Below, piece after piece: positions 9,660-18,820 of a stretch of 64,000 nt of DNA (the stretch's first letter is position 1; each line of letters opens with the position of its first letter). The notes below the pieces were generated by a model. The model saw only the letters and a program-made list of their open reading frames with translations. It did not search any database and was not told where the DNA came from. Made by a program: the position numbers and the translations under genes. Source of the stretch: Candidatus Hadarchaeales archaeon (GTDB lineage Archaea > Hadarchaeota > Hadarchaeia > Hadarchaeales > Hadarchaeaceae); contig JAVZGN010000002.1 in NCBI GenBank assembly GCA_038872135.1, positions 1 to 64,000 of the forward strand. Direction: 5' to 3'.

Positions 9660-10202
9660 TCAGAAGTTTCTCCTGGAGTAGATGTTGCCCCCGTGGAGAT
9701 CGACCGCTACCACCAAGGGGCCAAAATCCTTCACCTTGAGGACCCACACGGCCTCTGCAGCTCCGAGCTCCTCCCAAAGAACCTTTTCAACCCCCTCAAT
9801 CTTTTCCGCCGCAAGGACCCCAGCCCCCCCTGGAAAGGCCAAGTAAATGCAACCGAGTTCCTTCATCTTCTTCGCTACCTCCTCGCCGACTCCCCCCTTT
9901 CCAACTATCGCCCGCACCCCTGTCTTCTTGATGAACTCTCCTTCCATTGAATCGAGACGGGCACTTGTTGTCGGACCAGCAGATAAAATCTCCCACCTTT
10001 CTCCCCTTCGAACAGCGAGAGGGCCACAGTGATAAACAACTCCTCCTTTCACATCCACTGGAAACTTTTCCTCAGAAACCACCCTTTGATACGCCTTGTC
10101 TCTGGCAGTTGCAACCACCCCGCTGATGGTCACAAGATCCCCCGCATGAAAGCGCTTCAGCTCCCCAGCAGCAAACGGGGGCCGGAGTTCAACGATCTTC
10201 AC
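9660..10202 (-). CDS. Class I fumarate hydratase/tartrate dehydratase beta subunit
   Basis: ARDKAY, YHCGP, AGPTTSAR, GKGG, DFGPLVVAVD.HG.N motifs. Confidence 0.9.
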   Translation of the reverse strand: MKIVELRPPFAAGELKRFHAGDLVTISGVVATARDKAYQRVVSEEKFPVDVKGGVVYHCGPLAVRRGERWEILSAGPTTSARLDSMEGEFIKKTGVRAIVGKGGVGEEVAKKMKELGCIYLAFPGGAGVLAAEKIEGVEKVLWEELGAAEAVWVLKVKDFGPLVVAVDLHGGNIYSRRNF

Positions 10203-11044
10203 GGCTCCACCACCTCCATTCCCTTCAACCTTGCCCTCCTGGCCACCCAGCACTGAAACGAAACTCCAACCGGAAGGGTTGCCGTATGGCAGGGGGCCTT
10301 CTCAATGTGGACTCCAAGAACCGTGCATCTTCCTCCAAGACCCATCGGCCCTATCCCGAGACCATTTGCCGCAGCCTCTATCTTCCTCTCAAGCTCTGCT
10401 GTTTCCCTGTTTCTCCTTCCAAGGGGTCTCAGAAGCGCCATCTTCGACAGGAGAAGGGCATTCTCGGGGCTTCCGCCAATCCCAACCCCAACTATCACAG
10501 GGGGGCATATTTTCCCTCCGGCCTCCTCCAGCACTCCAACGACACTCCTCAAAATTTCATCTTTGGACGCTGTTGGCCTCAGCATAAAAAGTCTTGTGTA
10601 ATTTTCGGTTCCACCTCCTTTCACGAGCAACTCAACTTCAATCTCTCCCTTCCCGGAGCCAATCAAATGAACTGTCGGTTGCCTCTCCGCCTCTCCCGCC
10701 GGGACCATCATTCTGCTTAGGGGATCAACGAGATTTCTCCTCAGCGGAACTTTCTCGGTGGCCTCCTCTACAGCCCTCCTGATCGAAGCCTCAACATCAA
10801 ACTGAAGCCCCCGCCATCCTCTGACAAAAAAGGTGAAGACGCCGGTGTCCTGGCATATGGGCGCCGACTTCTTCTTGGCCAGACGGAGATTCTCAAGCAT
10901 CATCTTAAGCTGTATCCTCCCCAAACCGCTTTTCTCCTTTCTCATACACCTGCGTAGCCCCCTCACAACATCCTGAGGAAGAGATGTCTCCGCCCGCTCA
11001 ATCATTTCAACAACTTTTCTCCTGAATTCTGCCTCTCTCACCAT
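10199..11044 (-). CDS. Class I fumarate hydratase/tartrate dehydratase alpha subunit
   Basis: PICQDTG, KGGGTEN, CPP..VGVGIGG, GIGPMGLGG, CH.A.LPV...QCW..R motifs. Confidence 0.9.
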   Translation of the reverse strand: MVREAEFRRKVVEMIERAETSLPQDVVRGLRRCMRKEKSGLGRIQLKMMLENLRLAKKKSAPICQDTGVFTFFVRGWRGLQFDVEASIRRAVEEATEKVPLRRNLVDPLSRMMVPAGEAERQPTVHLIGSGKGEIEVELLVKGGGTENYTRLFMLRPTASKDEILRSVVGVLEEAGGKICPPVIVGVGIGGSPENALLLSKMALLRPLGRRNRETAELERKIEAAANGLGIGPMGLGGRCTVLGVHIEKAPCHTATLPVGVSFQCWVARRARLKGMEVVEP

Positions 11045-11112
11045 GTGCGCCAGATAAACTCCCCCCGCAGATAAAAAAGATGAGCCCCGGTGCTCAAACT
11101 ACTGGCAAGTTT

Positions 11113-12567
11113 TCAGCCTTTGGCAACCCCTATCGGTACAAGCCTCACGACTCTCCTCGCTATCCCTGCCCTATCTGAAATCTCAGCCACTTTGTCCACA
11201 TCCTTGTAAGCTTCCGGGGCTTCCTCTGCAATCACAGAGATCTTTGCGGCCTTCACAAATATCCCCTGCCCCTCCAGCCTCCGCCTCACCTCCTCCCCCC
11301 GGTAGTGGCCGAGAGCAGCAGTCCTGCTCAAGTGCCTCCCTGCCCCATGGGCTGTCGAGCCGAAAGTTTCCTCCATTGCCTGCTGGCTCCCCACGAGAAC
11401 ATAGGAAGCCGTCCCCATGTCCCCGGGGATGAGCACAGGCTGCCCAACCTCCCTGTAAATCGCTGGAATCTCAGGATGCCCCGGTCCAAAAGCTCTTGTC
11501 GCCCCCTTTCTGTGCACAACCACTTTTCTCTTCTCCCCGTCAACCTTGTGCTCCTCAATTTTTGCTATGTTATGGGCCACATCATACACTATGTGAAGCC
11601 CCATGCTTTCTGCATCCTTCCCGAAGACCTGCTCGAAGCTCTGCCTCACCCAGTGGGCGATCATCTGGCGGTTGGCCCATGCAAAGTTGGCCGCTGCCGC
11701 CATCGCGGAGAAATATGCCTGGCCTTCGGCTGACCTGAACGGGACATTCACGAGCTCTCTGTCCGGAAGGCGAATCCCATACCTGTGCACAACCCTCTCC
11801 ATCAGTCTCAAATAATCAGAGCACACCTGATGACCCAGTCCTCTCGACCCGGTGTGAATCATGACCATCACCTGCCCCTCCTCCTCAATCCCAAATTTTT
11901 TCGCCACGTCCCGATCATAGATTTTGTCCACAACCTGAACTTCAAGGAAGTGATTGCCGCTCCCCAAGCTTCCAAGCTGAGGGAACCCACGCTGCTTGGC
12001 TTCCCTGCTCACATTCGCAGGATTGGCCTCTTTCATCTCCCCCCTTTCCTCCAGGCGCTCCAAATCCTCCTCCCATCCAAACCCATTCTCCACGGCCCAT
12101 CTCGCCCCAAGCTTGAGCACATCGTCCAGCTGAGCAGGAGTGAGCTTCACATGCCCGGTGCTCCCAAGCCCTGAAGGGACATTGCGGAAAAGGGTCTCCA
12201 CCAGCGGGCGGATCTTCGGCTCCACATCTTTCCTGTGAAAATTCGTCCGCAGCAGCCTAACTCCACAGTCGATGTCGTAGCCAATTCCTCCAGGAGAGAT
12301 GACCCCGGTTTCAGCATCTGTTGCCGCTACCCCCCCAATGGGAAACCCATACCCCTGGTGCCCATCCGGCAGGGTTATCGAGTACTTGTAAATCCCCTGA
12401 AGGAATGAAACATTCGCCGCCTGCTCCAGCGTCAAATCTTTGCGCATCTCATCGAGCATCTCCCTGTCAGCATAGATGCGGGCGGGAACTCTCATCCCAG
12501 ACTTGTAGTCCTGGGGAATCTCCCACCTGACCTCGTCCAGCTGCCTGATTTTTCCCATCCAAGGCAT
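11113..12567 (-). CDS. rtcB: RNA-splicing ligase RtcB
   Basis: [63 protein letters not shown] motifs. Confidence 0.97.
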   Translation of the reverse strand: MPWMGKIRQLDEVRWEIPQDYKSGMRVPARIYADREMLDEMRKDLTLEQAANVSFLQGIYKYSITLPDGHQGYGFPIGGVAATDAETGVISPGGIGYDIDCGVRLLRTNFHRKDVEPKIRPLVETLFRNVPSGLGSTGHVKLTPAQLDDVLKLGARWAVENGFGWEEDLERLEERGEMKEANPANVSREAKQRGFPQLGSLGSGNHFLEVQVVDKIYDRDVAKKFGIEEEGQVMVMIHTGSRGLGHQVCSDYLRLMERVVHRYGIRLPDRELVNVPFRSAEGQAYFSAMAAAANFAWANRQMIAHWVRQSFEQVFGKDAESMGLHIVYDVAHNIAKIEEHKVDGEKRKVVVHRKGATRAFGPGHPEIPAIYREVGQPVLIPGDMGTASYVLVGSQQAMEETFGSTAHGAGRHLSRTAALGHYRGEEVRRRLEGQGIFVKAAKISVIAEEAPEAYKDVDKVAEISDRAGIARRVVRLVPIGVAKG

Positions 12568-12609
12568 CTTCTCACCATTCTTTCGTCTCGATGTCTAATA
12601 TCTTTTCCA

Positions 12610-13035
12610 TCAAATGTCAACGACCGCCTGAACCCAGCATCCGCCCGGCTCTTCTTTTATCTCCATCATGTGGTAGGTCATGGCCTTAACATGGGTTTTC
12701 TCTTTGTGCTTTTTTGGGTCAAACTTTTCCCCCCATGCTTTTGCCCTTAGCTCCAGCTCGCCGGCCTTTTCAGCTATCTCAACTTTAAATTTTGAAAACA
12801 GGAGCCCGCGGCTATCCTGAAGATAGATCAGGCGGTCCAGCCAGTCATAGAGAAGCGCTTCCCTGTCCTCGGCCTTGAGTTCAACCTCAACCTCCTCCTT
12901 TGGCTCAACCCCTCTTGTCTCAGTCATTATCTCGAAAAGGGCAACGGCTGCATTTTCAAAAGCCTCCGCCAGGTTCGAGCCATATGCCCTGAACCCTATG
13001 TCTGACGGATGCTCCACCCACTCGAACCGCTTCAT
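12610..13035 (-). CDS. Archease
   Basis: EH.SD....AYG..L.EAFENAA and VKAMTYH...VVDI motifs; directly upstream of rtcB. Confidence 0.95.
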   Translation of the reverse strand: MKRFEWVEHPSDIGFRAYGSNLAEAFENAAVALFEIMTETRGVEPKEEVEVELKAEDREALLYDWLDRLIYLQDSRGLLFSKFKVEIAEKAGELELRAKAWGEKFDPKKHKEKTHVKAMTYHMMEIKEEPGGCWVQAVVDI

Positions 13036-13083
13036 CCTCTCCTTTGAATATCTCCCGGCACGCAATAAACATTATCCACAAGG

Positions 13084-13168
13084 CGCCGGGGAGGGGATTT
13101 GAACCCCTGCGGCCCAATGGACCACGAGCTCTCCAGGCTCGCGCCTTACCTGGCTAGGCTACCCCGGC
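13084..13168 (-). tRNA. tRNA-Ser(GGA), copy 1
   Basis: Reverse complement folds as a cloverleaf: GCCGGGG/CCCCGGC acceptor stem, loop CT-GGA-GA, long variable arm, GGTTCAAATCC, discriminator G. Confidence 0.93.
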
Positions 13169-13267
13169 CCGAAAAACTTAGAATAGACAAGCATGACCTG
13201 ACGAAAAAGGATCGGTCGGCCGCGTGCCCTAACAGGTTTATGTATCGCAACCGATACTAGAAGTGAT

Positions 13268-14548
13268 ATGTTCGGATGGACGCAGAGGAGGGCCCTCCCC
13301 AAGGACATGCCCCGCCGATTCGCGCTGGAGTCCCTGAGCGAGAAGCCCGTCTCATCCTCAACGACGACTGGAGCCGGTGGTAGGGCCTCGCTAAGAAAAA
13401 TCCTGTTACTTCTGGTTTTTGTCTGCCTCTCACTCATAGTGGCATCTACATTCTTCCGCGGTGGGGAGAGAACGGAGGGGGGTCCTCCTTCGTTTGAGGA
13501 GAGGGAGAACGAGTTCTGGGGTTCCTATCCCGAGCTGGGTGAGGGTCGAGTAACCTACACCGTTGTGCCGGTAGACCTTGAATACATCGAAGAAATCGTG
13601 CCGATCGGAAAGATAGGCACCATCGGCCATCCCATCCCCACCTCGCACACCTATTGGGTATTGGCTAGGAGGGATTTGGGTTTTCCAGAAGACGGTTTCT
13701 CAAAGCCCGTCAGAGCGCCCGCGGACGGTGTGATCACAAAAATAATCTTCACGTATTGGGCGGGCTTCCCAGATTACAACATCTATCTCAGGCACACCAA
13801 CACCTTCATGACGGCATTTTACCATCTCTCGGAGCTGAGCGAGGGAGTGCTGGCCAAAATAGGCTCCCCCCTGCAGGAGGGTCGCACAAACGAGGTATAC
13901 ATTCCGGTGAAGGCGGGGGATGTCATTGGAAAAACATCTTCCAGTATGGGGCAGAGCGCCTGTCTAGACATGGGTGCCTATGACAAGAAGGTGCTGAATT
14001 TCATCCACCCGGAAAAGTATCCTCTGCCACAGCAGCACGCCATTTCCCCCCTGAGCCTCTTCTCGCCCACCCTGCAGGAGAGGGTCTATGAAAAAGTCAA
14101 AAGGACGGCGGAACCACGCGGCGGCGAATGCGACTACGATCTCAGGGGAAAGCTCTCCGGAAACTGGTTCCTGGAGGGGACGGATGGATGCACCGGTGAA
14201 AACGGGTACCAGAACTACATTTCCTTCGGTTACGACGTTTATGACCCGCAGCAGTTGAGGATAAGTTTGGGCTGGAAGTTCCTCGAAGCATTTGGCTTTC
14301 CTTCATGGCTTCCCCCTCTCTCTAGGGTGGAGGGGAATGCTCCGGACTTCAAGAACGTGGGCGTGAGCAGCGGAAGGATCGTCTACAGGCTTTCACCCGT
14401 GAGAGAGGATAACATTGCCCCCCTGCCGGAAACAACGTGTACCCTGTTGGTGGAGATGATGAACGAAGAAAAGATAAGGGTTGAGGTCTTTCAGGGCTAC
14501 ATTCAGAATCCCTCCTTCACCCAGAAGGCGCTGATTTACACCAGGTAG
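13268..14548 (+). CDS. Membrane-anchored exported protein with M23-peptidase-like motifs (start uncertain)
   Basis: N-terminal TM helix; PVRAPADGVI, YHLS and VKAGDVIG resemble the M23/LytM fold; no canonical HxH motif. Confidence 0.6.
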   Translation: MFGWTQRRALPKDMPRRFALESLSEKPVSSSTTTGAGGRASLRKILLLLVFVCLSLIVASTFFRGGERTEGGPPSFEERENEFWGSYPELGEGRVTYTVVPVDLEYIEEIVPIGKIGTIGHPIPTSHTYWVLARRDLGFPEDGFSKPVRAPADGVITKIIFTYWAGFPDYNIYLRHTNTFMTAFYHLSELSEGVLAKIGSPLQEGRTNEVYIPVKAGDVIGKTSSSMGQSACLDMGAYDKKVLNFIHPEKYPLPQQHAISPLSLFSPTLQERVYEKVKRTAEPRGGECDYDLRGKLSGNWFLEGTDGCTGENGYQNYISFGYDVYDPQQLRISLGWKFLEAFGFPSWLPPLSRVEGNAPDFKNVGVSSGRIVYRLSPVREDNIAPLPETTCTLLVEMMNEEKIRVEVFQGYIQNPSFTQKALIYTR

Positions 14549-14639
14549 TGGCGGAGGCTACTCGCGGTTTTTCCATCCGTCTGCTTTTTCAGGCGAACGA
14601 GGCCCGGCTGGGAAGGGATAGATACGGGGCCATTTGAGG

Positions 14640-14724
14640 CGCCGGGGAGGGGATTTGAACCCCTGCGGCCCAATGGACCACGAGCTCTCCAGGCTCGCGC
14701 CTTACCTGGCTAGGCTACCCCGGC
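14640..14724 (-). tRNA. tRNA-Ser(GGA), copy 2
   Basis: Identical to copy 1; AT-rich TATA-like element upstream at about 14746-14756. Confidence 0.93.
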
Positions 14725-14818
14725 CCGAAAAACACTCGGCTCTGGAGTATATTATTCTCACGCGGATGCTTCAGAAAGAATTAAAAGCCACCATCAGATT
14801 TCTAAGAGAGGTGGTTGA

Positions 14819-15028
14819 CTGAAGAGAGTGGGTGAAATCCTCGGCATGAGGATTTACTCAGACAGGGGAAAGTATGTCGGAGCTGTTGAAGATGTCGTGC
14901 TGGAAGATAGGGAAGGAACAGTCACAGGGCTGGTTTTCGGGAGAAAGGCGGGGAAAGCCCTCACAATTCCCTACAGCACTGTTATGGCGATCGGCGACAT
15001 AATCATCGTCTACTCTAAGAAGGAGTAG
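14819..15028 (+). CDS. PRC-barrel domain protein
   Basis: GM.IYSD.GKYVG.VEDVV...[12 protein letters not shown] pattern. SD GAGGTGG points to a CTG start at 14819; alternative GTG 14828. Confidence 0.85.
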   Translation: MKRVGEILGMRIYSDRGKYVGAVEDVVLEDREGTVTGLVFGRKAGKALTIPYSTVMAIGDIIIVYSKKE

Positions 15029-15047
15029 TGAAGGGGAGCCACAGAAC

Positions 15048-15569
15048 ATGATTCAAGAGTTCAATGGGAAGAAGCCCAAGATTCATCCCACAGCATTTGT
15101 TCATCCATCCGCCACTATTATTGGAGATGTGACAATCGGTGCCCACTCAAGCGTCTGGCCCGGCGCAGTCATCCGCGGAGACTTTGGCAGCATCAGAATT
15201 GGAAAATACACTTGCATTCAGGACTGCGCAGTCATCCACGCCGGGGATGTCTACAATGGGAAGATGAGGGTGGCTCCGGTGGAAATTGGGGATTACGTGA
15301 TCATCGGCCACCATGCACTGGTTCATGGAGCGATAGTCGAGAGCCAGGCGGTAATCGGTGGAGGGGCGATAGTTTTCAACAACGCGAGGGTCAGAAGGGG
15401 GGCAATGGTCGGGCTTGGAGCGGTGGTCCTGAGAGATGCGGAGGTTCCCCAGAAAACTGTTGTCGTTGGCATTCCCGCCCGCCCATTGAGATCTCTTACC
15501 GCCAATGAAATGCGCAACATAAAGGTTCAGGCCATCAGCTATTCCAAGCTCGCGAAGCGCTACCTCTGA
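15048..15569 (+). CDS. Gamma-carbonic anhydrase family (hexapeptide repeat) protein
   Basis: [32 protein letters not shown] (three Zn-binding His). Confidence 0.9.
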   Translation: MIQEFNGKKPKIHPTAFVHPSATIIGDVTIGAHSSVWPGAVIRGDFGSIRIGKYTCIQDCAVIHAGDVYNGKMRVAPVEIGDYVIIGHHALVHGAIVESQAVIGGGAIVFNNARVRRGAMVGLGAVVLRDAEVPQKTVVVGIPARPLRSLTANEMRNIKVQAISYSKLAKRYL

Positions 15570-16066
15570 CGTTTCTTCTCGAGCTTCATCTGGCAAAAAT
15601 CCATGAGGAGGTCTATCTCCGTTGGAAGTAGCTCCCTTAGCTTTGGAGCATGGTTGTTGACGACCTCCATCTCCTCCTCTTTGTAAGAGATCGAGTAAAT
15701 GACCTTCGTTTTCTTGGCAAACTTTGAAATGCCAGCCCCAAAAACTCCAAGGAAAAGTCTGACGGGGGCGGAGCCGCTCGTGTAGTTGAACAAAAGTTCA
15801 TCTTTGGAAAAGTCTATTTTCTTCAAAATTTCTACGAGAACATTTCTTATCGAGCGTGGATCAAAAACATCGCACCTCTTGAATACAAGATCTGTTCTGG
15901 TTTTTCTAGCGGCTTCCGTGAGTATCTCTTTATTTGTTTTCCCATTGTTCTTGTAGTTCAGCTGATAATCAGAACAAATAACATAACACACATCAGGTTT
16001 CTCGTACTTAAGGCTCAACTCTATGGGAATTGGCGATATCCCAAGCCCCTGGATCAGCACCTTCAC
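15560..16066 (-). CDS. Standalone CARF-like (Rossmann-fold) protein
   Basis: [12 protein letters not shown]...KPD..Y.I.S, D.FD and FNYTSGS match the layout of CARF motifs I and II; no effector domain. Confidence 0.5.
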   Translation of the reverse strand: MKVLIQGLGISPIPIELSLKYEKPDVCYVICSDYQLNYKNNGKTNKEILTEAARKTRTDLVFKRCDVFDPRSIRNVLVEILKKIDFSKDELLFNYTSGSAPVRLFLGVFGAGISKFAKKTKVIYSISYKEEEMEVVNNHAPKLRELLPTEIDLLMDFCQMKLEKKRQR

Positions 16067-16113
16067 AATTAACTCTCTAGTTTTCAAACATAAAAATATG
16101 ACCGGGGAATCCC

Positions 16114-17178
16114 TCAAAGAGGGATAACGGTTGTTTCCAGCCGATCAAAAGTTGGATACTCCTCCACCCAAGCGATCTTCAAATCAGGCTCTATCGCTGC
16201 GATTTTTTCTGCGAGGCGCCATTCCAGCTCAATCCTTTTCTTCAACCGATTGATTACAATCATCTCTCCGGGAACTCCAAACTTTCGAAGGAGACGCTTC
16301 CTCACCTTCTGAAGGTCCTCTGGTGGCACATTCATCACTACGCCTTTGAAAAGGAGCCCATCCTCTGTGATCCTTTCATGCGGCCTCGCAACATTCCTTG
16401 CCTTTCTCTTTAGCCTGTTTCTGAGCTGAACTCCATCCTTCAGCCGGCTAGGACAGTAATGGACGCTCAGCCTTGTGTTTGCGGCAGCCCATCGCATCAC
16501 TCTGATCGCAACTTCTTCACTCCCAGCGACCCCTGCAGAATTTTCTGATTTCAACCGAAGACCCCTTTTCATGAGGTTTTTAGCATTGGTTTCAGAAAAC
16601 TCCAGCTCATTCAGGTTAACAAATTTTCCCCCAGCCTTCTCAACATCTCCAAGAAGCTTTATGAGTTTCCGATATTCGCCGGGGATGGCGGGAAGCTCGA
16701 CGCCGACAAACAATCCGGCGTCTGTTGCAGCTTTAACCGGCTCGGCATCCCACGCGTGAAATCTTATTTCATCCAGTCCGGCGAGCTTCAGTTTTTCTAA
16801 TTCCTCACGGGAAAGCTTTCCGCAGACATACATGTGAATGTGATACCTCTTCCCAAATTTTTTCTTCAGCTCCCGGATGTATTTCACCGCCCGATCTAGC
16901 TTTACGGAAGGGTCTCCTCCAGTTATTCCCGCCCCGAGAGATTCCATCTCTCTCGCCTCCTCAAATATCTCCTTCAGAGAATTCGCCGGCCTCTCGTTTG
17001 CATAGACGACGTCCTTTCCCCTCCTCTTCTCAGAGAGCGGACAGTAATAGCAATTTCTCCTGCAGAGGCCGGTGATAAACAGAACCAGCTTGGCCCCTTT
17101 TATGCAGAGGCTGCACCCTTTGGGCATTTTCCCCACGAGGAGCGAGCCGGCAGATGTCCTTTTTATTTTCCTGTGCAT
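16114..17178 (-). CDS. Archaeal radical SAM protein (COG2108-like)
   Basis: PKGC..C.KG.KLVLFITG.CRRNCYYCP, ITGGDP, LDEIRFH, NLNELEFSETN motifs. Confidence 0.9.
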   Translation of the reverse strand: MHRKIKRTSAGSLLVGKMPKGCSLCIKGAKLVLFITGLCRRNCYYCPLSEKRRGKDVVYANERPANSLKEIFEEAREMESLGAGITGGDPSVKLDRAVKYIRELKKKFGKRYHIHMYVCGKLSREELEKLKLAGLDEIRFHAWDAEPVKAATDAGLFVGVELPAIPGEYRKLIKLLGDVEKAGGKFVNLNELEFSETNAKNLMKRGLRLKSENSAGVAGSEEVAIRVMRWAAANTRLSVHYCPSRLKDGVQLRNRLKRKARNVARPHERITEDGLLFKGVVMNVPPEDLQKVRKRLLRKFGVPGEMIVINRLKKRIELEWRLAEKIAAIEPDLKIAWVEEYPTFDRLETTVIPL

Positions 17179-17208
17179 CACTTCTAATCTCGATGCTAAG
17201 ATAAAATT

Positions 17209-17407
17209 TTGCGGGACGACCATGAATTACTCTGTGCGTCCGGTTTCCCGTCGCACTTTCATTCATGGTCTTTTTCCGGTAAGCCCGGTTTAGGGTCTGC
17301 ACCGCCACAGACCTTAGCTGCAGCTTTCCCCAGCAGCGCTGGGGTTTTCCGCAGCTCCCCCAAGCCCTTGGGCCCAGGTTCAGCCGAGCTTGCCGGCTTT
17401 CCCGCAA
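17209..17407 (-). ncRNA. Candidate ~200-nt structured RNA of unknown family
   Basis: GC-rich intergenic island that is almost fully base-paired: terminal stem, four-way junction, GAAA tetraloop, AGUA/GAA internal loop. G-U pairs form only on the minus strand; TATA-like elements upstream. Confidence 0.65.
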
Positions 17408-17584
17408 TATCACATTTATATACCCTTTTTAAATTCTTCTGACAGTACTAAACCCAAAAAATAGAAAATCGACATTAAACTTGTGCTTTACTCCATCAAA
17501 AGCAAAAATGCGGAAAACTGCTGAGGCAATTAAACGCAAACGCTTAACAAAACGCTTATAATTAATCATCCACGTTTAATAGTG

Positions 17585-18820
17585 ATGCCCCAGAAATTTT
17601 TGGAAGTCGTTGATTTAGAAAATGCCATGAAAAGTTTGCAAAAATGGTGGAAACCCCGGGAAAAAACTGAGGAAGTTAATATCATGCAAGCATTTGGGAG
17701 GGTGCTCGGCGAGGATCTCTTCGCCCCTGTTGATATTCCACCATTCGACAGAGCGGCGTATGATGGATATGCCGTTCGTTCTGAAGATACTTTTGGTGCC
17801 ACAGAAACTACTCCAAAAGTGCTGAAAGTTGTCGGGAGAATCGCGGCTGGCACCCCCCCGAAGAAAAAACTCAGGAGAGGCGAATGCTTGGAAATAGCTA
17901 CTGGTGCTCCACTGCCTCAGGGCGCCGATGCTGTCGTCTTGGTGGAAAACACCATCCCTGATGGTAACCGAGTCAAAATCCTTCGCGCTGTTGCTCCAGC
18001 TGAAAATGTAACAAAAAAGGGCTCAGATGTGAAAAAAGGGGAATTGCTGGTCCCACAGAGAAGGGTTCTCACAGCACGGGAAATAGGCGCAATCTCAGCG
18101 GCTGGAATTAAGAAGGTGAAAGTTTTTTCTCGGCCAAAAGTTGCTATCATTTCCACCGGCTCAGAACTTCTTGAAGCGGGAAAAAGGCTTGAGCGGGCAA
18201 AAATTTACGACGCAAACGGGCCACTTCTCTCCACCGCCGTTAGAAGCTGTGGCGGCTATCCAGTTTATCTCGGTATAGCGAAAGACGACCCACAAGATAT
18301 CCTTTCGAAACTCAGGAGGGCGCTGAAATCTGCGGATGTTGTGATAATCTCAGGTGGCACGTCTGCTGGGAAGGGAGATCTCGTCCCAGCAGTGATCCGG
18401 AAGCTTCGTGGCTCTCGCATGCTTGTTCACGGCCTCGCCGTCAAACCGGGGAAACCCACATTTCTGGCTGTGGCTGGAGGAAAGCCCATATTTGGACTTC
18501 CCGGCTATCCAGTTTCAGCTCTCATGATTTTCGATCAACTCGTTGCTCCCCATATCAGAAAGATGAGTGGGCTAGAGGAAAAAAGGAAGCTAATCGTCAA
18601 CGCTAGGCTGGCTAAAAAGGTGATTTCAAGCAGGGGGAGAAGGTCACTGATTCCCGTGAAAGTGAGGGTGGAAAAAGGGCAACTTCTAGCAGAACCCCTC
18701 TGGAAAGATTCAGGTGCAATAGTCTCGCTCTCCGCCGCAGACGGCTATATCGACATCCCCCTGGGCAGAGAAATGCTCGAGGAGGGAGAAGAAGTGGAGG
18801 TGCATCTCTTTGGTTCCTAG
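17585..18820 (+). CDS. moeA: Molybdopterin molybdo/tungstotransferase MoeA
   Basis: PPFDRAAYDGYAV, IATGAPLP.GADAV, STGSEL, SGGTSAG..D, KPGKPT, GLPGYPVS motifs. Confidence 0.95.
   Translation: MPQKFLEVVDLENAMKSLQKWWKPREKTEEVNIMQAFGRVLGEDLFAPVDIPPFDRAAYDGYAVRSEDTFGATETTPKVLKVVGRIAAGTPPKKKLRRGECLEIATGAPLPQGADAVVLVENTIPDGNRVKILRAVAPAENVTKKGSDVKKGELLVPQRRVLTAREIGAISAAGIKKVKVFSRPKVAIISTGSELLEAGKRLERAKIYDANGPLLSTAVRSCGGYPVYLGIAKDDPQDILSKLRRALKSADVVIISGGTSAGKGDLVPAVIRKLRGSRMLVHGLAVKPGKPTFLAVAGGKPIFGLPGYPVSALMIFDQLVAPHIRKMSGLEEKRKLIVNARLAKKVISSRGRRSLIPVKVRVEKGQLLAEPLWKDSGAIVSLSAADGYIDIPLGREMLEEGEEVEVHLFGS

Larger units (their letters stand above)
13081..14733. repeat. 97-bp exact direct repeats (13081-13177 and 14637-14733), each containing a whole tRNA-Ser, flanking one gene
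   Basis: Base-by-base identity from aggcgccgggg to cccgaaaaac; repeat period 1556 bp. Confidence 0.9.

Noticed and set aside
12260-12285. RtcB GYDIDCG instead of the common GYDINCG
   Set aside because: The metal-binding Asp and Cys are retained and no intein is present; likely a tolerated variant.
17209-17407. RNase P, SRP or 5S identity for the structured element; small ORFs 17030-17413, 17072-17293 and 17209-17442
   Set aside because: Lacks the GAGGAAAGUCC-type P4 strand and the SRP helix-8 motif. The AGUA/GAA orientation and length do not fit 5S. The overlapping ORFs have no protein-like features.
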